DNA of 64,000 bases from Ascoidea asiatica JCM 7603 (Eukaryota; Fungi; Ascomycota). The position numbers and the translations under genes are program-made. The stretch spans positions 1,494,526 through 1,558,525 of the forward strand of contig BCKQ01000003.1 in assembly GCA_001600695.1 (NCBI GenBank). Reading direction: 5' to 3'. The notes beneath the pieces were generated by a model. It saw only the letters and a program-made list of their open reading frames with translations, had not been told where the DNA came from and did no database searches. Below, one piece after another: positions 22,175 to 31,823 of the stretch; position 1 is the stretch's first letter; the number at the start of each line of letters is the position of its first letter.

Positions 22175-23080
22175 TTAAATTAATTTTCTTTTCTCAATTA
22201 TTTTTTCTTCATAATCTTTAATTTCATTTTTATTTAAACTTTTAATTAAAACAACTTGTGGTAAGATATTAAAATTCCAAATTAATTCATATTTATCTTG
22301 AATATTTAAATTAAAACATCTTAAATATTCTAAATATATTATAAAAAAATAAACTCCTAAACCTGTAAATAAATGCCACCAACCATGAAATTCAAAAATA
22401 AATCCATATGGTATACCAATTTTTCTTCTAATATAAATTAATAAATTACAATAATAATTATCAATATTCCAAATTAAAAATCCAATTAAAAAAATTAAAA
22501 TTCCAAATAAATATGTTTTATTTAAATTTTTTAAATCTTTTGAATATTTTATTTTACTTATATTTTGTTTTAAATTATATGATTTATAAATTATTAATAA
22601 ATTTAAAATTGCAAATGAAAATTGATGTAAAATTGGATTTTTTAAAATAAATATATAAATAAATGTAATTAATAAAGTTATAAAAAAAATTAAAATTCCA
22701 ATTAAAATTTCTTTTTTTTTTGAACTATTTGTTGAAAATAATGACCAAAATGGTATACAAGTTGCATAAATCATTGGTAATTCATCTAATAATTGAAATT
22801 TATATAATAAAGTCATATGAAATAAAAATGATCCAATTCCAACAATTTCAAATCCAATACATAATAATAAAAATCTAATTTCTAATTTATTTTTAATTGT
22901 TGAATAAATTGAAAAATTTGCTAACATTATAAATAAAATATTTGAAATTGTATTTATAAATTCAGAAATATATGAACTTATTACATTATTTTCTTCACAC
23001 CAATCAATTGTTGATGTTGGTTTACCCCAAAAACTATATTGAGGAACTGGAGGATATTCAATTGCAAAAGGAAATGACAT
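22175..23080 (-). CDS. Alkaline ceramidase (Ypc1/Ydc1, CREST family), copy 2
   Basis: MSFPFAIEYPPVPQYSFWGKPTSTIDWCEEN, GSFLFHMTL, QLLDELPM, FEFHGWWHLFTG, basic tail KRKLI. ATG 23080 has an A-rich context and aligns with copy 1; an alternative ATG is at 23101. Confidence 0.93.
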   Translation of the reverse strand: MSFPFAIEYPPVPQYSFWGKPTSTIDWCEENNVISSYISEFINTISNILFIMLANFSIYSTIKNKLEIRFLLLCIGFEIVGIGSFLFHMTLLYKFQLLDELPMIYATCIPFWSLFSTNSSKKKEILIGILIFFITLLITFIYIFILKNPILHQFSFAILNLLIIYKSYNLKQNISKIKYSKDLKNLNKTYLFGILIFLIGFLIWNIDNYYCNLLIYIRRKIGIPYGFIFEFHGWWHLFTGLGVYFFIIYLEYLRCFNLNIQDKYELIWNFNILPQVVLIKSLNKNEIKDYEEKIIEKRKLI

Positions 23081-23481
23081 TTTTTTATAAATATTCACCA
23101 TAAACCAAAACTAGTATTTTCCATTACTTCTATAGTTTATTATTTATTATTAAAAATATGGAAAACCATGGAAAAACATTATTATTTATAAGATTTATAC
23201 TATTCTCATTTCTTCTTTTAACTTTATACATACATCTCAATTGCTAGCTAACATTATAATAAAAACACTAACAACAATTATCAACACAGTCTTTAACTCA
23301 TATCAAATAAAAAGAAAAAAAAAGACAAGACCAAGATAAAAATACGCAAGCAAATGAAAGTCAGTACGTAAAACTCTGAAAAGATTTCAATCCTCTATAT
23401 TTTTATTCATAGGCTCAGGTTCTTCTTACTCTACTCGATAAAATCAACAGCCTAAAGGTAAAAGTAATCATAAGAATAAAA

Positions 23482-23618
23482 GACGGGTTACGCGGAAGAC
23501 ACGGGACTGCACGGGAATGGAAGATCTCGGAATACACGGAAAAGCCAAATTCTGAGACAACGGAAAAAAACACGGAAGTGGACACGGACACGGATGACAT
23601 TTAGAACTTGCTCCGTTA
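23482..23618. promoter_or_regulatory. Array of CGG/ACACGGA motifs upstream of ceramidase 2
   Basis: Ten co-oriented CGG triplets within about 110 bp; exact ACACGGA at 23534, 23570, 23582 and 23588. Confidence 0.6.
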
Positions 23619-23838
23619 TCTTTGATTTAAGGTTTAGATTAGATATGGACCCTTAGAACTGGTATCAAATTTAGGATTCATCAGACCTAAATTATAACAT
23701 ATAAACTCATATCTATTTGAAACGATTCAATTTCATTATTGTATTGTATTATATTGTATTGTATTGTATTATCAAGGTTTTATATAAATCTAAAATGTTT
23801 ATTCTATGGAAGTTCAGGGTAATAAAAACTTATATATA

Positions 23839-24357
23839 TCATTCCAAGCATGTTTTTGCAAATCTACCATCTTTCATTATTAATTTACAAATTCTTGGTA
23901 AAACTTCAACTTGAATTGGTTCAACTGGATAATTTTCACCATCAACACTAATATATGAATCTTTAAAACATTTTGGTATTAATCTAAATCCTTTAACTTT
24001 AGAATATTGTATATAATTATTATTAAATGCTGATCCATTTTCTATATTTAATAATATATCAAATTTTTGTTTTAATGATAATTTTGTATTCATATAAACT
24101 AAATCAATTAATCCATCATTTGGTAATGCCATTGGAAAAAATGGTACATTATTTGACATAAATGGCATTTTACCTGTATATAAAATTCCTAAATTATCTA
24201 AATCATATCCTTTTAATGAATCCCATCCATCTGTACTTAAAATTTCTTCATTTAAATTTGGAAATTTAGTTTTAAAATTATCTTCTGATAATCTCAATTC
24301 TTTATTTTTTTCATTTTCAAATTTATTTTCAATTTCATTATTTTCAATTTCATATTG

Positions 24358-24410
<53 letters not shown>

Positions 24411-25653
24411 AATTTATAATTTTTTTATTAAAAGTTTTTTTAATTTCTTCTTTATCTTCAATTTCATATTTTAAATATAATTCACAAGGATATTTACTTT
24501 GTTTTAAAATTTGAAATAAAACTCCAATATCAAATCTCATTGATCCAAAAATTCTTAACCATTCTGTACCAATATCTGCATATGCAATAATTCCCCAATT
24601 TTGTGATAAAAATGATAATGTATTAATTTCTTCATTTGTTTTTAAATTTATTTGTTTTATTGACATTAAATCACTAATAATATATGAAGATTTAATTAAT
24701 GATAAAGTTGCAAATGATGGATTTAAAGTATGATGACAAGATAATGACATTCCATTACCTGAACCACATGGTAATTGACTTAAAATTAATTTTTCAAAAC
24801 ATTTAATTTTATCATTTCTTAAATTTAAACCATTTATAACTTCATATGGTATACCATCACCAGAAGCACAAACAATCATATCAAATTTTATTAAATTATT
24901 ATAATTTTTTATAATTTCAATAACATGTTGATAATATTCTGTTTTAATTAATTCAAATTTTATTAATGGACAAGCTTTTAAAATTGGTTTACAAAAATTA
25001 TTAAATAAATTTAATGCTTTACCTTTACCACTATGAGGATTAATAAAAATTAAAATATTTTTATTTATTTTAAAAGAATCTTTATAAGATTTATTAATAA
25101 TTTCATTAACTAATTTATTATTACTATAATTATTATTAAATTTTGAAGTTGTTGAATTTAAATCTAAATCTAAATCTAAATCTAAATCTAAATTTGTAAT
25201 GTTAGTTTCAATTTTATCTTTATTAATTGATTGAATATTTAAATTTTCTTCAGAAGATATAATATTTAAATTTATTGTAGTTGGAGTTAAATTATTATTA
25301 ATTTCTATTAAATAAGTTAATTTAATCTCATTTATTATATTATCATTTAAACTTTCAACCCAAGTTATATTATAATAAGGTATAAACAGTGTTTGTTTTA
25401 TATTTTTTAAAAAATCTTTATTATTATTTGAATTATTTAAAAAAGATGGTAAACATGATGGAAATATTGAATTTTTTTTAAAATTATTAAAATTTGAATT
25501 ATTTTGTTTATATTGACTTGTATTAATATTATTTTCATTAATTAAAACTTCATTATCACTTAAATTAAAATAATCATTTTCAATATCATTATTATCATAA
25601 ATTTCATCAATAATTTGAATTCCTTTGGTGATTAACTTTGCTTTATATATCAT
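23839..25653 (-). CDS. LCB4: Sphingoid long-chain-base kinase (Lcb4/Lcb5)
   Basis: ILIFINPHSGKGKA, CASGDGIPYEVINGL, QLPCGSGNGM, DIGTEWLR..GSMRF, FFPMALPNDG, ISVDGE. First ATG at 25653 (track start is TTG). Confidence 0.92.
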
Positions 25654-26118
25654 TTTGAGAATTGAATATGATTGATTCAATCTATTATCTATTGTCTATC
25701 TTATTCTTTATTTATAGATATAATAATGATATTGATATTGATGGATTATATTATATATTATATATTATATATTATATATTATATATAATATAATATAAAT
25801 GGATTGATTGATTGAATTAAGTATTGAGATTATCAGTTTATTGTTGAATTTATCAATAGTTAAGTAAGTCAATCACTTTCCATACATACATTTTTGTATA
25901 GCGCGAGATAATTTTGCCTTGTTCCGACTAAGAAGATATTTAACACTGTTTTAAGGCATTTCACCAATTTTACTCCGAAATTTCCAGTGAATGAAGATTT
26001 CAATAATTTAAAAGATTCAAGAGAACTACAAGAAATACGATAATAAAGAAATATTATTTCATATATTGTAATGAATATGAATATTTACAAGTATATAAAA
26101 GTTAAAAGGTTATATAAG

Positions 26119-27882
26119 TTAATTATTTTGAGATTCGAATTTTAATTCATCATCTTCAATATCTTCAATTGTTACTTTTTTTTTAATCTTTTTTTGATCA
26201 ATTTCATTAATTGGTAATTTTGGAATAATAATATTTAAAATACCATTATTAATATATTTTGCTTTAATTTTTTCATCATCAATTCTAGGTAAAGTTGGAA
26301 ATTTAATTGATCTTTCAAAAGAACCATAATTAATTTCAGAAATTTTTAAATATTTTAAATCATCATCATTATCATGATTATCACTTTCATATTTATCAAT
26401 TTTACCTTTAATAATTAATTCATGAGTTGTTGGATGATAATCAATTTCAAAAGAATTTGAATTTGAACCAGGTAAAGCAATAATAATTAAATAATTTAAT
26501 GGTTTATCATATAAATCAATTTGTGGAGAAAATGGTAAATTTGAATTATTTAATTGTGGTTTAGATATTTGTAAAGGAGAACTAATTGGAGAAATTATTG
26601 GACTTGGAGCAGATAAATGAAATGTTGAAGGTCTTTTAATTGGACTTGGAATAAATTCATTTTTTTCATTATTTAATAAATTCAGTTTTTTTAATTTATC
26701 TTCTTCAGATTCTTTTTGTAATTTTTTCAAAATATCAAGAAATGGAATTGATTCATTATCATTCAAAGATTCAACAGATTTTTCTTTTTCATTTTTTTCA
26801 TTTTTTTCTGGAATTGAAGGAGTAGAATGATTATCATTTAAAAGATTAAATAAATCACCTAAAGTATTTAAAGTATTAAATTTTATTGGAATTTGATTTT
26901 TTTCTTTCTCATCATTTTCTTTAGCTTCTTTAGTCTCTTTAGTTTCTTTACTCTGTTTAAGATCATTGTTATCAGTAATATTGTTATTATCACTATTATC
27001 AGAAGTATTTAATAATTTGAATAAATCATTAAGTGTATTTAATTTAATTGCACTTGTATTTCTATTAATTTTAGAATCAGATTTTGATTTAGCTTTAGTT
27101 TTAGATTGAGATTGAGATTGAGATTTTGATTTTGATTTTAATTTTGATTTTAGATTATTATTTAATTTTGGATTATTAATATATTGATTATATAATCGAG
27201 GATAAGATTGTGGATAATGATGAAAAGAATGAGGATAATATTGAGGAATATTATTTAAATTTAATAAATTTTGAACCAAGGGATTAGGATTAATATTTTG
27301 ATTATTATTACGACGAGAATAATAATTAATTGGATATGAACTTTCAGATTCTAAATCAGGATTTGAATCAGGGCTTGAATTATAATTATCATCAGAATCA
27401 TTATCATTATCATTATCATTATCATTATCGTTACCATCACTTTTAATTGAAGATTTAGTTTTATTTTTATAAGGATCATAATAATGATTATTATTATCAT
27501 TTTGATTATCATCTACATCCGAATAATCATTATCATCAGTATCATTATCATTATCATAACTATTACCATTGTAGTAATTAGAATTATTAGATTGAGGTAA
27601 AATATAATTTAATAAATCATTTTGATTTGAATATGGAAATAAATTATTTTGATTAAAAGAATTTAATGAAGGACGATGACCATTATTTAAGATTAATGGA
27701 TTTGAAGGAATTTGATTTTGAAATTGATTACGATTGAAATTGTGATTATTATAATGATTATGATTATGATATTTATTTTTATATTTTGAATTGATTGATT
27801 TTTTATTTGAAGTTGTTGGTCTTGAATTATTATTCATAGCATTGATATATTGTGGAGAAGAAAGAAGATCATATAAATCCAT
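26119..27882 (-). CDS. HSP42: Hsp42-type small heat-shock protein
   Basis: C-terminal alpha-crystallin domain FSPQIDLYD...IALPG...IDYHPTTHEL...SEINYGSFERSIKFPTLPRIDDEKIKAKY..GILNIIIPK; long N/Y-rich prion-like N-terminus. Confidence 0.88.
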   Translation of the reverse strand: MDLYDLLSSPQYINAMNNNSRPTTSNKKSINSKYKNKYHNHNHYNNHNFNRNQFQNQIPSNPLILNNGHRPSLNSFNQNNLFPYSNQNDLLNYILPQSNNSNYYNGNSYDNDNDTDDNDYSDVDDNQNDNNNHYYDPYKNKTKSSIKSDGNDNDNDNDNDNDSDDNYNSSPDSNPDLESESSYPINYYSRRNNNQNINPNPLVQNLLNLNNIPQYYPHSFHHYPQSYPRLYNQYINNPKLNNNLKSKLKSKSKSQSQSQSKTKAKSKSDSKINRNTSAIKLNTLNDLFKLLNTSDNSDNNNITDNNDLKQSKETKETKEAKENDEKEKNQIPIKFNTLNTLGDLFNLLNDNHSTPSIPEKNEKNEKEKSVESLNDNESIPFLDILKKLQKESEEDKLKKLNLLNNEKNEFIPSPIKRPSTFHLSAPSPIISPISSPLQISKPQLNNSNLPFSPQIDLYDKPLNYLIIIALPGSNSNSFEIDYHPTTHELIIKGKIDKYESDNHDNDDDLKYLKISEINYGSFERSIKFPTLPRIDDEKIKAKYINNGILNIIIPKLPINEIDQKKIKKKVTIEDIEDDELKFESQNN

Positions 27883-28107
27883 TTTTAGTTAATTGATTGA
27901 ATTGATTGAATTGATAGAATTGGATTTAGATTGTTAATAGAGATTGTTAATAATATGAATATAAATACAAATACAAATATAAGTAAGAAGGAATATAAAC
28001 TGTTTATATACTGATTAATTTTATGATCCTTTGTTAATTGTTCAGTAAATGCAATAAATACAATAAATACAATAAATACAGTACAAACAGCAGCTCCACA
28101 ATAAAAG

Positions 28108-28400
28108 CTTCGAAGATTCTCAGCGTTTGTTCTCGTTTGTTCCATTCCGCCCCGGAACCTTCTCGAAGTCTCGCAGTCAGCGCACCCGGCACCCTCGGTC
28201 GGTTACATCTCCAGCCACCAAACCATTCAACCACAAACTAGAACAAGACCCATGGACATGGTTTGATTCATGTCAGCGGATGCAACCACCGCTATGGCTC
28301 TACACCCTCTAAGGGGTTTTACTGCACGTGACAATTCACTGTAACCGAGGTCTGCATGTTGTCTAGGGGTCTGTTATTCTCTATTCTGGTGGAACACGTG
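28108..28400. promoter_or_regulatory. HSP42 upstream stress elements: HSE, STREs, E-boxes
   Basis: Perfect three-unit HSE gGAAccTTCtcGAAg at 28154-28168; AGGGG at 28312 and 28365; CACGTG at 28325 and 28395. Confidence 0.7.
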
Positions 28401-28501
28401 CGCTTCCTGTTCTGTGCGCCTCCTCCTGTGAGGCCGTACCACTACTGCGGGTCCTGTTTCTTTTCTGGTGGTGCTTGTAAAGGGTTAACAAACCCAGTGA
28501 T

Positions 28502-28547
28502 CCAGCTCCAGCTAAAGAGCCAGCTCCAGCTAAAGAGCTAGCTCCAG
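28502..28547 (+). repeat. 18-bp tandem repeat CCAGCTCCAGCTAAAGAG, about 2.5 copies
   Basis: Copies at 28502-28519 and 28520-28537, partial at 28538-28547. Confidence 0.85.
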
Positions 28548-29151
28548 TTTCTTGTCCATTTATTGCCATTTTCATAGCGTTGATTACCACTTCCATTATC
28601 TCTACCATACACAGTCTGTCTTAGTCTTAGTTACTTTTAGTTACTTTTATCACTGCACTCACTCCCCAATATTCAAATATATTAAATTATTCAATTATTC
28701 AAATCAATTTATTATTTCTTTTCGTTTTAATTTATTTCATTATATTTTAATTTATTATATTCTATTCTATTGTATTTTTTTCTTTTCTATTCTTTCTTTC
28801 TTTACTTCCTTCGTTATCTTAGTTTGTTATTTTACTTTTAGTATTATTACATTACATTATATTTTATATCTTTATATCTCATATTATATCTCATACTATC
28901 ATATATTATATTATATTATTATATTATTATATTATTATTATATTATTATTATATTTTAAATTATCATATATTATAATATTTTCAAACATTCTACAATTGC
29001 TAGATTTAAAATTTTATAAATATCTCGATTGAATTTCCTCTTTTTTAAATCTTCTAATCTTCTAATCTTTTTATTCTCTTTATCATTTTTTAAAAGTAAA
29101 ATATTATCTCATCATATTTATTTCTTACTTTACCTTTCTTATTATAATACT

Positions 29152-29196
<45 letters not shown>

Positions 29197-29199
<3 letters not shown>

Positions 29200-30189
29200 T
29201 CTCCAAGAAAAAGATTGAGATCATCAAATGATGATCCAAGTTCAAATTCAAAAAAATTAAAAAAATCAAATACAAATACAAATACAAATACAAATACAAA
29301 TACAAATGATATTAATAATAATAATAATAACAATAACTTAATAAAATCAAATGTAATTAGAAGTTATCGTACTATTATTGAAGATGATAATTATGATTCT
29401 TCAGATTCAAATGATTCAAATGATTCAAATGATTTAATTACCTCCAATTCAAATACAACTACAACTACAAACACTAATCCTCTTTCTCATTTAGATTCTG
29501 ATTCAAACTCTGATTCAGATTCAGAATCTCAATCACAATCTCATTCACAATCTCATTCACAATCTCATTCACAATCTCATTCACAATCACAATCACAATC
29601 ATATTCATATTCATATAATAATTCAGAATCTGATTCAGATTCAGATTCAGATTCAGAATCTGATTCAAATTCTGATTTCGATTCAGAATCAAATTATTTC
29701 ATCAATTCAAATTCTAATTTACCTATTTCTCCAATTAATAAAAATTCAAATTCAAATTCTAATTCTAATTCTAATTCAAATTCTAACTATAACAATAACA
29801 ACTCAAATAATAATATCATAAGTTATAATTCAGATACTGATTATTCTTCTTCTGATGATTTAGATGATGATCTTTATAATAATTATCTTCTTTCAAATAA
29901 TAATAATAATAATATTAATAATATTAATAATAATAATCCTATAAATACTATAAATAATTCCATCAATATCAATACAAATACAAATACAAATTCAAATACA
30001 AATACAAATACAAATAATGAAGATTCATTATTAATTAATGATGAAAAAGATGCTATAAATTTACTTAATAATCAAGTTTTATATAATTTATTATTCGATA
30101 CCAATATTAATATATTAAATAATATTAATAATAATAATAATAATAATCACTTATATAATAATAATAATGAATTTGATAATTTCATATAA
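29197..30189 (+). CDS. Orphan low-complexity protein (330 aa) with a basic NLS-like N-terminus and S/D/N-rich body
   Basis: ATG 29197 follows an (ATA)n run; MSPRKRLRSSNDDPSSNSKKLKK; 1-kb open frame; non-repetitive motif EKDAINLLNNQVLYNLLFD near the C-terminus. Confidence 0.55.
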
Positions 30190-30500
30190 TATATTATCTT
30201 CAATATTATACATTTCGTATATCATTTACTCGTTTAATCTCATCACATATATCATATACATATATCATATACATATATCATATACATATTCAATTACTTA
30301 ATCTAGTAATAAATTAATAGATTACACTTTAGAATATACTTAAGAATATATTCATATTCACTCAAATAGTGCCTGTTATATATATATATATATATATATA
30401 TTCTATCAGCGTTGGTTTTTCACTTTTAAATCTATATATCTATTATATCTATTATATCTATTATATATATATATTTATCTATAATTACTTACTTACTTAT

Positions 30501-31370
30501 TTATTTATTATTGGATTCAAAACCTTGTTTGGCAACTGCTTTAGCTCCTTTTTCTGCTGCTTCTGGATCTAAATAATAATATTTTCCATTACATTGTAAA
30601 TTTTTATTAAATTTATAAATTAATGGAATTCCATTACATATATTAATATTTTCAATTTCATTTTCATCAATTATTTCTTCACTTATAATTTTTATTAATG
30701 ATCTAACTGTTGATCCATGACAAACAATTAAAATATTTTTACCAATTTTTAATTCTTTTAAAATTATATTATTATAAAATGGTTTAATTCTTTCAATAAC
30801 CATTTTTAATGATTCTCCTTTTGGTAATTTATCTTTATTAATATCAATAAATTTATACCTTTCAAAATCTTCTTTATTATCATTAATACCTGAATATTCT
30901 TCATTAATATTCTCAATTAATGGTGGACATCCATTAAATGCTCTTCTAATAAACATATATTTTTCTTTACCTAATTTTTTTAAAATCTCAGTTTTATCTT
31001 TACCTTGTAATTTACCATAATGTCTTTCATTTAATCTCCAAGTTCTAATAATATCAATCCAATTTCTTTTAATTTCTTTTAAAATTATTTCTCCAGTTTC
31101 TATACTCCTATTTAATTTTGATGTAATTAATAAATCTGGTTTAAAATTATTTTTTAAAATTAATTCTCCTGCATATTTTGCTTGTTCTTTACCCTTTTTT
31201 GTTAAATTTATATTAACCCATCCACAAAATTTATTATTATTATTCCATTCACTTTCTCCATGTCTTAATATAATTAAATATCTATATTCATCTTCTTCAT
31301 CATTATTATTAACATTATTAATAATTCCATCCATATTATCATTCATTTGATTGTTCATTTGACTATTCAT
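30501..31370 (-). CDS. GPM2: Cofactor-dependent phosphoglycerate mutase family, Gpm2/Gpm3-like
   Basis: LIILRHGESEWN..KFCGW, TWRLNERHYG.LQG, LPKGESL, ILIVCHGSTVRSL. The FCGW motif and the position near RPN4 (GPM2-RPN4 adjacent in S. cerevisiae) favour GPM2/3. Confidence 0.75.
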   Translation of the reverse strand: MNSQMNNQMNDNMDGIINNVNNNDEEDEYRYLIILRHGESEWNNNNKFCGWVNINLTKKGKEQAKYAGELILKNNFKPDLLITSKLNRSIETGEIILKEIKRNWIDIIRTWRLNERHYGKLQGKDKTEILKKLGKEKYMFIRRAFNGCPPLIENINEEYSGINDNKEDFERYKFIDINKDKLPKGESLKMVIERIKPFYNNIILKELKIGKNILIVCHGSTVRSLIKIISEEIIDENEIENINICNGIPLIYKFNKNLQCNGKYYYLDPEAAEKGAKAVAKQGFESNNK

Positions 31371-31823
31371 TTGATTGGCTATGGTTATTTCTATTCTTAT
31401 TTACTCAATTTTAATAATATTCCATTTCTTTCTTGAAATAATAAATAAAATATTCTTTAGACTCTTTTATATCCTTTTATATAAATATATTCTTAATATA
31501 TTCTAGTCAATTCTACATTATTTTATCAGTAAATCCTCTATCACAAAGGTTCTTTGATTCTAACAGCATGCTGAACATGCCTTAAAACGCTTCCAAACCA
31601 CCACGCGATGAGTTCACTCTTAGAAATTGTTGTTATCGAACGCTTTTATTTACTTTCTTAGAAATAAACGTTTATTAAAGATTATTATTTTAAATATAAC
31701 TAAAACTATATAACGATGTTCGATTGAATTCAGACTTTTGTTACTTATATGATCATTAATATAGATATTATTGATAGGTTACTTCTTAGAAATTAGAAAT
31801 TGAAAAAAGAAAATGATTGATAT

